A stretch of DNA of 64,000 bases from Chitinophagales bacterium (GTDB lineage Bacteria > Bacteroidota > Bacteroidia > Chitinophagales > JADIYW01): positions 129,494-193,493 of the forward strand of contig JAXLTW010000001.1 in NCBI GenBank assembly GCA_046329865.1, given 5' to 3'. Numbering within the stretch: position 1 is the first letter of the stretch; every line of letters starts with the position of its first letter. The position numbers and the translations under genes are program-made. Below the pieces are notes generated by a model that did not search any database, had not been told where the DNA came from, and worked only from the letters and a program-made list of their open reading frames with translations. Of the stretch, positions 26,176 to 35,767 are shown piece by piece.

Positions 26176-28039
26176 ATGTCTATGGAAACAGGAAAAATTA
26201 ATGTACAAACCGAAAACATCTTTCCCATTATCAAAAAATTCTTGTATTCCGACCACGAGATTTTCCTGCGTGAGTTGGTTTCCAATGCGGTTGACGCCAC
26301 CAAAAAGCTCAAAGGGTTGTCCCAGTTGGGCGAAGCCAAGGGCGATTTAGGTGATTTGACCATCGAGGTTAAAATCGACAAGGAAAACAACACCCTCATC
26401 ATCTCCGACAAAGGTATAGGTATGACGGGTGAAGAAGGAAGAAGTAATCAACCAGATAGCATTTTCCAGCGCCGGTGAATTTTTAGAGAAATTCAAGAAT
26501 GTAGACGATGCCAAGTCCATCATAGGACATTTTGGGTTAGGTTTTTACTCCGCTTTTATGGTGGCAGAAAGAGTAGAAATCTATACCAAATCCTACAAAG
26601 AAGAACCTGCGGTGAAATGGAGCTGCGACGGCTCCACCGAATTTACACTGGAAGAAATAGAAAAAGCGGAACGCGGCTCTGAAATCGTTTTATATATCGC
26701 GGAAGACTCCAAAGAATTTCTGGAAGAGCACCGCATCAAATCCATGTTGAATAAATACTGCAAATTCTTACCGATACCTATTCAATTCGGAACCAAGTGG
26801 CAGAGTGAGGAAGACAAAAAGGAAGGCAAACCGCTGGAGCCGAACATCATCAACAATCCAACTCCGGCCTGGACAAAAGCACCGTCTGCACTAACCGACG
26901 AAGATTACAAAAATTTCTACCGCGAATTGTATCCGATGAATTTCGAAGAGCCCCTTTTCTGGATTCATCTGAATGTCGATTATCCGTTTAACCTAACGGG
27001 TATCTTGTATTTTCCTAAACTGAAAAAGAATTTTGAAGTCCAGAAGGACAAAATCCAATTGTACTGCAATCAGGTATTCGTTACGGATAATGTCGGTGAA
27101 ATCGTTCCGGAATATTTAACGCTGTTGCACGGTGTCATCGACTCTCCGGATATTCCGTTAAACGTTTCGCGTTCCTATCTGCAAAGCGATTCTAACGTCA
27201 AAAAAATCAATCAGCATATTTCTAAAAAGGTATCCGATAAATTGCAGGAAATTTTCCAGAACGACAGAAAACAGTTTGAAGAAAAATGGAGCGACATCGG
27301 CTTGTTTGTGAAGTACGGCATGATCAGCGATGAAAAATTCTATGAAAGAAGTAATGGCTTCGCCTTATTTCCCAACACAGAAAACACCTTCTTCACCTTT
27401 GAAGAACTGAAAGAAAAAATTGCTGCCAACCAAACGGATAAAGACGGCAACCTGGTGGTTCTTTATACTTCTGACGATGAAGAACAGCACAGCTATATAC
27501 AGCAGGCAAAAGACTACGGCTATGAAGTCATCAAGCTGGATACTATGATTGACAACCACTTTATCCAGCAGGTGGAAATGAAAAATGCGAAGACTCAGTT
27601 TAAACGTGTGGATGCCGACATCATGTCCAACCTGATACCAAAAGAAGCAGTGCAAACATCCGTATTGTCTAAAGAACAGGAAGACACCTTAAAATCTCTA
27701 TTTGAGAAGGTGACGGAAAAGAATAAAGTGGAGGTTGAATTAAAAGCGCTCTCCCCTTCGGATGCACCCGTAGTGATTACCCGGGATGAATTTATGCGCC
27801 GCATGATGGAGATGCAGAAGATGGGTGGCGGATCACCGTTCATGTTTGGTGGTATGGATGAAAAAATAAATCTGGTCATCAACAGCAATCATCCTCTCAA
27901 CTCAAAACTGCTGGAGGAAGATGCCGCACAGCAGGAAAAACATATCAAACAACTGTACGACTTAGCATTGCTGTCACAAAATATGCTGAAAGGCGAGGCG
28001 CTGACGAAATTTGTCAGCAGAAGCTTCGAACTGATATAA
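26176..28039 (+). pseudogene. htpG: molecular chaperone HtpG (Hsp90), interrupted by a +1 frameshift
   Basis: ORF 26176-26478 carries the N-terminal ATPase motif ELVSNAVDA...ISDKGIGMT. ORF 26429-28039 continues with EEVINQIAFSSAGEFLEKFK...GHFGLGFYSAF. The frames meet inside ggtGAAGAAgGAAGAAgta (26428-26446). Confidence 0.85.
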
Positions 28040-28053
28040 CTATATTGGGTTAA

Positions 28054-28096
28054 AATAATGGGTGTGGCGGGGTTTCACCCCGCCACACCCATTATT
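28054..28096 (+). terminator. very strong hairpin (19-bp perfect stem) downstream of htpG
   Basis: AATAATGGGTGTGGCGGGG-tttca-CCCCGCCACACCCATTATT. The T-tract is weak (ATTATTTG). Confidence 0.7.
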
Positions 28097-28118
28097 TGAC
28101 GATTTGTCCCCTTTTTAC

Positions 28119-28126
28119 TAACTTTG
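28119..28126 (+). promoter_or_regulatory. candidate -7 box TAACTTTG
   Basis: Matches TAnnTTTG, 22 nt upstream of ATG 28148. Confidence 0.35.
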
Positions 28127-28147
28127 AATCTATAAAGATGCATAATC

Positions 28148-28534
28148 ATGAACAAGTTATTTTTTACTGTTCTCATCAGTTCATTGCTGGTTTCTGCCTG
28201 CATTCCTAACGCACCCGGCGGGGGTATCAGCGGCACTCATATTAAAGCCAAACTGATTCGCACCACCTGTGCCAGCATTGTCATACAGATACAGGATTCC
28301 AATTACTATTATTTAGGTGAGCAGTGGAGTAATACAATGAGCCCGCTGACGGTAATGACGGAACATGCCGCAGCAGTGAGCAACCCTTGTGAGTTTCCGA
28401 CAGATCAGATCAATGTCGGAGATTTATTTTATTTTGACATTAACAGCAATCCAAGAAATGATTGTGTCGTTTGTGCCATGTACGATGCCCCGCCTGCTAA
28501 AAAGGTAGCATTGAAGAATATTATCCGCATTTGA
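28148..28534 (+). CDS. hypothetical lipoprotein
   Basis: 128 aa with a lipobox-like LLVSAC. Confidence 0.6.
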   Translation: MNKLFFTVLISSLLVSACIPNAPGGGISGTHIKAKLIRTTCASIVIQIQDSNYYYLGEQWSNTMSPLTVMTEHAAAVSNPCEFPTDQINVGDLFYFDINSNPRNDCVVCAMYDAPPAKKVALKNIIRI

Positions 28535-28581
28535 ACTTTTTGACTTATCTTTTCGTTACTCTTCACATAATCTGACAAGAC

Positions 28582-28788
28582 ATGTTTCGTTTCTTAAAAT
28601 ACATCGTACTCTTTATTCTGGGCTATAAGGTCATCAAAGAGCTGTTCAAAGAGTCTCCGGAAGAAAGAGCCGTTCCGCCGGCAACGGGTAAACAAAACAT
28701 CCACCTTAACAATCAGCAACATACGGCACCATCCACGCCTTCCAAATTCAATGATGCGGAACTGATTGACTACGAAGAAGTGAAATAG
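28582..28788 (+). CDS. small membrane protein (DUF4834-like)
   Basis: 68 aa with an N-terminal TM helix and a C-terminal acidic LIDYEEVK tail, which is typical of that Bacteroidota family as I recall it. Confidence 0.5.
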   Translation: MFRFLKYIVLFILGYKVIKELFKESPEERAVPPATGKQNIHLNNQQHTAPSTPSKFNDAELIDYEEVK

Positions 28789-28890
28789 CCGCTAATTTGC
28801 CGGTATCCAGCGGACAAAGTATCCTCCTTAAATTCTACATTTTTTCATTAGTTTTGTAAACTGATATTTGCAAACTATCAACTCAACAAT

Positions 28891-29343
28891 ATGTCTTTAG
28901 ATCAAAATATAAACAACGAACTGAAGGAAGCGATGCTTTCCAAGAATGAAGTGAAACTTCGCACTATCAAAGCCATTAAGGCCGCTTTTCTGTTAGCCAA
29001 AACGGAAAAAGGCGCTACGGGTGAAATTACACCGGAACAGGAAATCAAAATCCTGCAGAAGCTATACAATCAGCGCAAAGAATCTTTTGAAATCTTTTCT
29101 AAAGAGAACCGTCCGGAATTAGCCATAAAGGAAAAAGAAGAAATGGATGTGATTGTCACCTATTTGCCCAAACAGATGAGTGACGAAGAACTGAAGGCAA
29201 TTGTTCAGTCCACCATTACAGCTACCGGCGCAACTTCCATTAAAGATATGGGCAAGGTCATTGGTGCCGTTTCCAAACAAGTGGCAGGACAGGCAGAAGG
29301 CGCCCGCATCTCTGCAATGGTCAAAGAACTATTGGGCGCGTAA
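28891..29343 (+). CDS. GatB/YqeY domain-containing protein
   Basis: 150 aa. INNELKEAMLSKNEVKLRTIKAIKAA and the C-terminal KDMGKVIGAVSKQVAGQAEGARIS are typical. Confidence 0.85.
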   Translation: MSLDQNINNELKEAMLSKNEVKLRTIKAIKAAFLLAKTEKGATGEITPEQEIKILQKLYNQRKESFEIFSKENRPELAIKEKEEMDVIVTYLPKQMSDEELKAIVQSTITATGATSIKDMGKVIGAVSKQVAGQAEGARISAMVKELLGA

Positions 29344-29990
29344 TGCAGCATTTTATTTTCGATCTAGATGGAACTATCACCCATCCGCAGCCGGGTATTG
29401 TGGGCGGTTATCGCTATGCTTTTGACCAACTCGGATTTCCGGATAAAACGGATGAAGAGCTGATTCCATTGATTGGCCCACCGTTGAAATACGTTTTTTC
29501 AAAAATATACCACCTCTCCGACGAGCAGACAGAAGCCGGCATCCGGTATTACAGGGAATATTACTACGGCCAGGGCGGCATGTATGAAGCCATTATTTTT
29601 GAGGGTATGAAAGAATTGTTTCAATCCCTCAGGGACAAAAACAAAACATTACATATTGCCACCAACAAAGCATTGCAGGTAGATAAGATTCTTGCCCATT
29701 TTGATGTGCTGGAATATTTTACCACCATCGAACATTATAACGAAGAGAAAGGAGTCACCACCAAAGAGAAGATGATTGAGAATATTATTCAGCAACACCG
29801 CATCCAACATAAGCATCATGTAGTGATGATTGGCGATCGGGAACATGATTTAAGTGCTGCCAGAAATATGGGCATTCAGGCGGTTGGTGTGTTATATGGA
29901 TTCGGCACAAAGGCTGAACTGGAAAAATGCCTTCCTAAATACATCGTTCATTCCGTGTCGGAATTACATTCCGTTTTACATCAATTCTGA
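29343..29990 (+). CDS. HAD-family hydrolase (phosphatase)
   Basis: 215 aa. Motif I FDLDGTI and motif IV GDREHD. The TAATG start overlaps the upstream stop. Confidence 0.8.
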   Translation: MQHFIFDLDGTITHPQPGIVGGYRYAFDQLGFPDKTDEELIPLIGPPLKYVFSKIYHLSDEQTEAGIRYYREYYYGQGGMYEAIIFEGMKELFQSLRDKNKTLHIATNKALQVDKILAHFDVLEYFTTIEHYNEEKGVTTKEKMIENIIQQHRIQHKHHVVMIGDREHDLSAARNMGIQAVGVLYGFGTKAELEKCLPKYIVHSVSELHSVLHQF

Positions 29991-30012
29991 TTATCTTTAG
30001 TCAAACGAATGT

Positions 30013-30483
30013 ATGCAAAGGATACTCTTATCATTGCTGGTTATACTCTTGTACGCTAATGCCCTTTCAAAGAACAAGATGGAGAAAGAAATAGAAAAAC
30101 TGCGACAGACTGAATTAGCTTTCAGCCGTATGAGTGTGGAAAAAGGAATGGCAGCTGCCTTCATCTTTTACGCGGATAAGGATGTCGTCAAACTGGGCAG
30201 CGACGGACAATTTCCCATCATTGGAAAAGATGCTCTTATTGCCTCCTTTGCCGACAAACCCCCGAAAACATCTTCACTGGAATGGTCTCCGGTTCGTGTG
30301 GAAATTAGTCGGTCTGCAGATTTAGGTTATACATTCGGAAACTGGATCTTTACAACTGCTACAGGAGAGAAAAGCTACGGAGTCTATATGACGGTTTGGA
30401 AAAAACAAGCGGACAGCTCCTGGAAATATATACTGGATGGTGGCAGTTCCACCCCTGCACCCGAGACAAAAAATAAATTATGA
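30013..30483 (+). CDS. NTF2-like/DUF4440-type secreted protein
   Basis: 156 aa with a signal peptide and a SnoaL/YybH-like pattern (ELAFSRMSVEKG...VWKKQADSSWKYILD). Confidence 0.55.
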   Translation: MQRILLSLLVILLYANALSKNKMEKEIEKLRQTELAFSRMSVEKGMAAAFIFYADKDVVKLGSDGQFPIIGKDALIASFADKPPKTSSLEWSPVRVEISRSADLGYTFGNWIFTTATGEKSYGVYMTVWKKQADSSWKYILDGGSSTPAPETKNKL

Positions 30484-31760
30484 CTACAGCAATCATCCTC
30501 ATTTTTATTATTGGCTATTTAGCCATCGCGTTTGAACATCCGCTCCGCATCAACAAGGCAGCGCCGGCTATCATCACCGGTGTATTATGCTGGCTGATTT
30601 ATTTTATCGCTTCCGGGTCTATCAAGGAGGCGGATGATGCACTCGTTCATAGTGTCGGAGAGATTGCTTCCATCCTGTTTTTCCTGCTTGGCGCAATGAC
30701 GATAGTTGAACTGATAGATGCACATAATGGTTTTTCCATCATTACCAATAAAATAAAAACGACCGCCTTATCCAGATTACTACTCTATATTACCGTACTC
30801 ACTTTCTTCCTTTCCTCAATCCTGGATAACCTGACCACGGCTATCGTTATGACTTCCCTTTGTTCCAAATTGTTAGCGAATAAAGAAGACCGGTTGTGGT
30901 TCGCCGGTATGATTATCATTGCGGCCAATGCCGGTGGAGCCTGGTCGCCCATCGGAGATGTTACCACCACCATGTTATGGATTGGCGGACAGATAACTAC
31001 GTTTAGCATTATACAAAATACATTTATACCAAGTGTGGTGGTATGTATCCTGCCCATGCTGTTGCTGATGTATAAATTCCGGGGAAAGCATATACCGCAT
31101 ACCGAATCCACAGATAATAAAGCCATAGACGAACATTCTGCCAAAGCCGATGTGATTCTTATATCCGGATTCGCCTTGCTAATGTTGGTACCGGTGTTCA
31201 AAACCATCACACACCTTCCTCCATTTATGGGTATGCTGTTGTCTCTGGGTATCATGTGGATTATTACTACCATAATTCACCGGAACAAACAACCGGAACA
31301 CAAACAAAAATACAGCGTATCAAATGCGCTGCAGCGGATAGACACTCCTTCTATTTTATTTTTTCTGGGTATCCTGCTTGCTGTTTCCGCATTGCAGTCT
31401 TTCGGCAGTTTAAAAACCGTCGCGGTATTTCTGGAAACTCATTTGAAGAATGATTATCTGATTGGCACTGCGTTGGGCATGCTGTCCGCAGTAATTGACA
31501 ACGTGCCACTGGTGGCGGCGGCACAGGGCATGTATGCCATAGATGAGTTTCCGGTGAACCATCATTTCTGGCAGTTTCTGGCGCTCACCTCGGGCACCGG
31601 AGGCAGCATGATTATCATTGGTTCTGCCGCAGGCGTAGCAGTCATGGGTATCGAAACCATCGATTTCATGTGGTACCTTAAACGCATCAGCTGGCTGGCT
31701 GCCGCCGGATATTTTGCAGGTATAGGTTCCTTCATTTTGCAGCAATATTTAATGGGTTGA
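30480..31760 (+). CDS. nhaD: NhaD/ArsB-superfamily sodium:proton antiporter
   Basis: 426 aa, polytopic (about 11-12 TM). NhaD-like segments are LDNLTTAIVM and AANAGGAWSPIGDVTTTMLW. ATGA overlap with the upstream gene. Confidence 0.7.
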   Translation: MTTAIILIFIIGYLAIAFEHPLRINKAAPAIITGVLCWLIYFIASGSIKEADDALVHSVGEIASILFFLLGAMTIVELIDAHNGFSIITNKIKTTALSRLLLYITVLTFFLSSILDNLTTAIVMTSLCSKLLANKEDRLWFAGMIIIAANAGGAWSPIGDVTTTMLWIGGQITTFSIIQNTFIPSVVVCILPMLLLMYKFRGKHIPHTESTDNKAIDEHSAKADVILISGFALLMLVPVFKTITHLPPFMGMLLSLGIMWIITTIIHRNKQPEHKQKYSVSNALQRIDTPSILFFLGILLAVSALQSFGSLKTVAVFLETHLKNDYLIGTALGMLSAVIDNVPLVAAAQGMYAIDEFPVNHHFWQFLALTSGTGGSMIIIGSAAGVAVMGIETIDFMWYLKRISWLAAAGYFAGIGSFILQQYLMG

Positions 31761-31805
31761 TTAACCCAATAAGTGATTACGAAGAAAAAAGAAGAGAAGG
31801 GTGAT

Positions 31806-32753
31806 TTAGATATTACACAACAACTCCAGATTCTGTCCTTTGAGTTGTTTTTTCGTGTGCTCGAAGTTTTGGGTGAATCCCAGAATAAAACCGCCGCCGC
31901 CGGCTCCGCATAATTTCAAATAGTATTCGCCGCTGTCCAATCCGCGTTTCCACATCTTATTGAACAACTTTGGTATCATAGGTTTGAAATGCTCGAACTG
32001 GAATTTGGACAATAATTTCATATAAGCAAACAACGTTTCTTTGTCGCCTTCCAGAAATGCCTGGATACAGTTATTGGCAAATGGTTTTAATTGCTTGTCG
32101 ACGAACTCACGGAAGGAAGGTTCTTCCATGCGCTGCATGTAGTATTTTACCAACGGCTCCGTGCTTCGGCTGATACCGGTATCAATCAGAAAAATGGCGC
32201 CTTTACCCCGGCTGTTCATCTCCACTTTTACGGGTTCCACCCCATTTTTGCCGTTAATCAGCAGGGGCAGGTTCAGGTAACAAATCAACGGATCCACGCC
32301 GGAGCTGTTGCCGTGAAAATAAGATTCCATTTGCGCCAACACCTTTTTCAGCTCAAGAATAATCTGCTTATCAGGTGCCTGATCAAACGCCACTTTATTG
32401 ATGGTGTATTTTCCATAAACCGCCGCTACCAAAGCGCCGCTGCTGCCCACACCAAAACCTTGCGGAATGGTGGACTGGAAATACATGCCGTTTTCGATAT
32501 CTTTTTTGAACGCTTCGATGTCAAAATCGATGTTCAATTTTTTAGTCACTAATAAATTTTCGAGATACAAGGAGAAATCAGCCAGGTGTTCATTGGATTC
32601 CGAAACAAACTGTTCATTCATTTCACCGGCATCAAAAGTCAGCTTACCGTTGAACTCATTGTACGGCAAAGTAAGCCCCATAGAATCCTGAATGATGCTG
32701 TACTCTCCGAAAAGGAGAATCTTGGAATTGAAACTTGGCTGTTCTTGGCTCAT
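31806..32753 (-). CDS. GHMP-family kinase of the mevalonate pathway (mevalonate kinase-like)
   Basis: 315 aa. GHMP motif GFGVGSSGALVAAV. The 4-nt overlap with the upstream decarboxylase gene indicates an operon. Confidence 0.65.
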   Translation of the reverse strand: MSQEQPSFNSKILLFGEYSIIQDSMGLTLPYNEFNGKLTFDAGEMNEQFVSESNEHLADFSLYLENLLVTKKLNIDFDIEAFKKDIENGMYFQSTIPQGFGVGSSGALVAAVYGKYTINKVAFDQAPDKQIILELKKVLAQMESYFHGNSSGVDPLICYLNLPLLINGKNGVEPVKVEMNSRGKGAIFLIDTGISRSTEPLVKYYMQRMEEPSFREFVDKQLKPFANNCIQAFLEGDKETLFAYMKLLSKFQFEHFKPMIPKLFNKMWKRGLDSGEYYLKLCGAGGGGFILGFTQNFEHTKKQLKGQNLELLCNI

Positions 32754-33811
32754 TTTAATTTAATCGGTCCTTTACCCACTTCGTCTTCTATCATTTTTCC
32801 ATCTTCACAGTACGCTAACAACGATTCCCGGATAAAAGTTTTCACTTCATCGGCATTTTCCTCCGGATACAATAGGTGAACATTGGGTCCTGCGTCTAAA
32901 GTGAAATACAAAGGTACACCTTTTTCTTTACGGTAGGATTTTATTAAATCTATAATTTTCAGGGTGTTAGGCAATATCAGCATGTAGGATGGCGTGGAAC
33001 ACATCATCAGGGCATGAAGAGTAAGTGCTTCATTTTCAATTATTTCTCCAAAATGTTCCAGATTTCCATCGCGCAAGGCCACCAACAGCCTGCCCTGATT
33101 GTCTGCGGCTTGCTGATAACGGCTTTCCGCAAACGGGTTACCTTCCATCAGCGCATGGCCCGCCCTGCTGGATACTGATTTTTCGTCGCTGGATACAATC
33201 AGGATGGCATCTTTGAACGTTTTGAAAACGGGATGTATCTTTTCATAATAAGGCACTGCATATTCATTGGAAGAAAGGGGCACACCCGGGTGTTTGCCCC
33301 AGGCGGCCATGTAGGGATATACCGAACGGCAGGCACTGCCCGATCCGAGTCGCGCTATCATGCTGGCTTTTTCAAAAAATTCATTCGGGCGCAAACCGCC
33401 ATCCAGCGTGTTTTCTATTTCCGTCAGGCACAACGCCAGTGCCGCCATGGACGATGCCGAACTGGCAATGCCGGTGGAATGTGGGAAGGAATTATGACTA
33501 TGGATGTCAAACGCAAAATAGGGCAGGTATGGAAAATGAGGAACCAGGTTTTCCAGAAAGGTCTGAATTTTGGCGGCAAACGCGGGGTTCTCTTTTCCTT
33601 CAAAAAAAAACTGCAGGGCAATGTTTTTATCGGGATGCTCTTTCGCAGTGTACCGGACCGATGTTTCCGTATAAGCATTGTTGAGGGTAAAACTGATGGA
33701 AGCATTGCGCGGCAACTGATTACCATATTTTCCCCAGTATTTGATCAGGGCGATATTCGACGGGGCACGCCAGGCGGTTTCGCCTTGTATGTTTTTAAAT
33801 GGATGTGGCAT
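32750..33811 (-). CDS. mvaD: diphosphomevalonate decarboxylase
   Basis: 353 aa. Carries APSNIALIKYWGK, GIASSASSMAALA and RLGSGSACRS. Confidence 0.85.
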   Translation of the reverse strand: MPHPFKNIQGETAWRAPSNIALIKYWGKYGNQLPRNASISFTLNNAYTETSVRYTAKEHPDKNIALQFFFEGKENPAFAAKIQTFLENLVPHFPYLPYFAFDIHSHNSFPHSTGIASSASSMAALALCLTEIENTLDGGLRPNEFFEKASMIARLGSGSACRSVYPYMAAWGKHPGVPLSSNEYAVPYYEKIHPVFKTFKDAILIVSSDEKSVSSRAGHALMEGNPFAESRYQQAADNQGRLLVALRDGNLEHFGEIIENEALTLHALMMCSTPSYMLILPNTLKIIDLIKSYRKEKGVPLYFTLDAGPNVHLLYPEENADEVKTFIRESLLAYCEDGKMIEDEVGKGPIKLK

Positions 33812-34001
33812 AGATGTTACAAAAATACAAACGTAAAACGGAATGGAAGGTTTATTTTGAAGGTATCTGAATATTGATGTTCATATATCTACGTTGTCTT
33901 TTAGAGAGTATTTATGATATCCATTTCTTTCAAGAAAAAATCATAAAATAGTTTTAAGTACTGATAAATACAATAACATTTCAGTCAACTTCACCCCTCT
34001 A

Positions 34002-35489
34002 TCACAACTCCGGCACCTTATCAAACCATGGCTGTGCCTCTTCCAATTGTGTGGCTAAACGCAGTAATGTGGCTTCATCGCACATAGGAGCAGTAAACAT
34101 TACACCTACCGGTAAATTATCGGCTGTCCAGTATAAAGGAACCGAGATACTTGGCTGTCCCGTCAGATTGGCTAATGGCGGATATGGTATCCACTGAAAG
34201 ACTTTCCTCTTGGTTTCTTCTATCAGCGATGAATGTTTTAATAAACCGGATGCGCCGAGCTGATTGAGTGCGTTCAACGCCGTTTTTTCCCAGGGCTTAG
34301 GCTGCAATGCCCCGATTTTAAACGGAGCCATTCCCAGTGTAGGCGTCAGCAGCAAATCATATTGTGTATGAAACTGCTGCATACTTCTTGCCAGCGTATT
34401 CCATTGCATCCTCGCCAGGCAAAATTCATTCGCACTTAATTTTTTTCCTAATGAATATAAAAGCCAGTTGGTAGATTCAATCTCATCCACCCTAGCCGGC
34501 CTGCCGCGCTCTTTGGCAACGGCATCTATTGTTGCTGATAACTCACCCATAACCAATGAATATAAACAATCGGCAACCAGTTGACTGTCATACGGCATTT
34601 TTACTTCCTCCACCTGATGACCGAGTCTTTGCAGCAATTGTATGGTATGCTGAATGGCTTTTATATTTTCAGGGTCCTGCTCGTGAAACGGATGCTCCAC
34701 TGAGTAACCGATCTTCAGCGCCCTTACCGGCTGTTTGATTTCTTCCGCATAGGGATAATCGGGTGCCTGCAGGATAAACGGATCGCCTGCAGAATTTCCC
34801 ATCACTAAATCCAGATAGTGCGCCGTATCGCGGACGCTACGCGACACACACAACTCATGGTTCGCGGCACCACTCCATTGCTCTCCGAAGATCGGACCAA
34901 AGGATACCCGCCCGCGTGAAGGTTTCAAGCCCAGCAAGCCGTTACAACTGGCGGGAATGCGGATGGAACCGCCACCGTCATTGGCAGTGGCCATCGGTAC
35001 GATTCCGCCGGCAACTGCCGCCGCACTGCCGCCGCTGGAGCCTCCCGGAGTATAGTCCGGATTCCAGGGGTTATGTGTATTGCCAAACAACTCATTTTCT
35101 ACAAACGGATTTAGTCCAAACTCTGATGTGTTGGTCTTCCCGAAAATCAGGAAACCGCCATCAATGACTTTCTGTACCACGTCGCTGGTTTGTTGGGAGA
35201 TATAGTCCTTCTGCAAACGTGATGCATTGGTATAACGTGTACCCTTCAGTTGCATTCCTAAATCTTTTACCAAAAACGGCACACCGGCAAATGGACTTCT
35301 ATAATCAGTCTGTTCCGCCGATTTTTTTGCGAAGTCATATAATTCCGTCACCACGGCATTGATTTTCGGATTGACAGCTTCCGTTCGTTGTATGGCAATA
35401 TCCAAAAGTTCCTGCGGTTTCACCTGCTTCTTTCGGACCAGATCAGCCAGTCCAACGGCATCTTGTTTTCGATATTCTTCAAACGTCAT
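34002..35489 (-). CDS. amidase-signature family amidase
   Basis: 495 aa with the GGSSGGSAAAVA signature and the catalytic-Lys region FLVKD. Confidence 0.85.
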   Translation of the reverse strand: MTFEEYRKQDAVGLADLVRKKQVKPQELLDIAIQRTEAVNPKINAVVTELYDFAKKSAEQTDYRSPFAGVPFLVKDLGMQLKGTRYTNASRLQKDYISQQTSDVVQKVIDGGFLIFGKTNTSEFGLNPFVENELFGNTHNPWNPDYTPGGSSGGSAAAVAGGIVPMATANDGGGSIRIPASCNGLLGLKPSRGRVSFGPIFGEQWSGAANHELCVSRSVRDTAHYLDLVMGNSAGDPFILQAPDYPYAEEIKQPVRALKIGYSVEHPFHEQDPENIKAIQHTIQLLQRLGHQVEEVKMPYDSQLVADCLYSLVMGELSATIDAVAKERGRPARVDEIESTNWLLYSLGKKLSANEFCLARMQWNTLARSMQQFHTQYDLLLTPTLGMAPFKIGALQPKPWEKTALNALNQLGASGLLKHSSLIEETKRKVFQWIPYPPLANLTGQPSISVPLYWTADNLPVGVMFTAPMCDEATLLRLATQLEEAQPWFDKVPEL

Positions 35490-35767
35490 GATGGTATTTT
35501 TAATTTACAAAATACAGCTTTTTTTAATCCTTAGTAGTTATAACACACACCCTAATTTAGGCAGGGTGGTTTATTTCCTGTAGCTATCGGGATGGTAAAA
35601 CATTTGTTGCTGGATAAGAAAAAAAGACACACCCCTTAATGCCCTCTCAAGAGGGGAAATTCGGATCGTGCTGATTAAGAATGGTTACGATGATTGTACG
35701 TAAGGAATTTTAAAAAAGCGATGAACTTAAATGAATTGCACTTGCGTTTCTCCTCCAAAGGGGTGGG

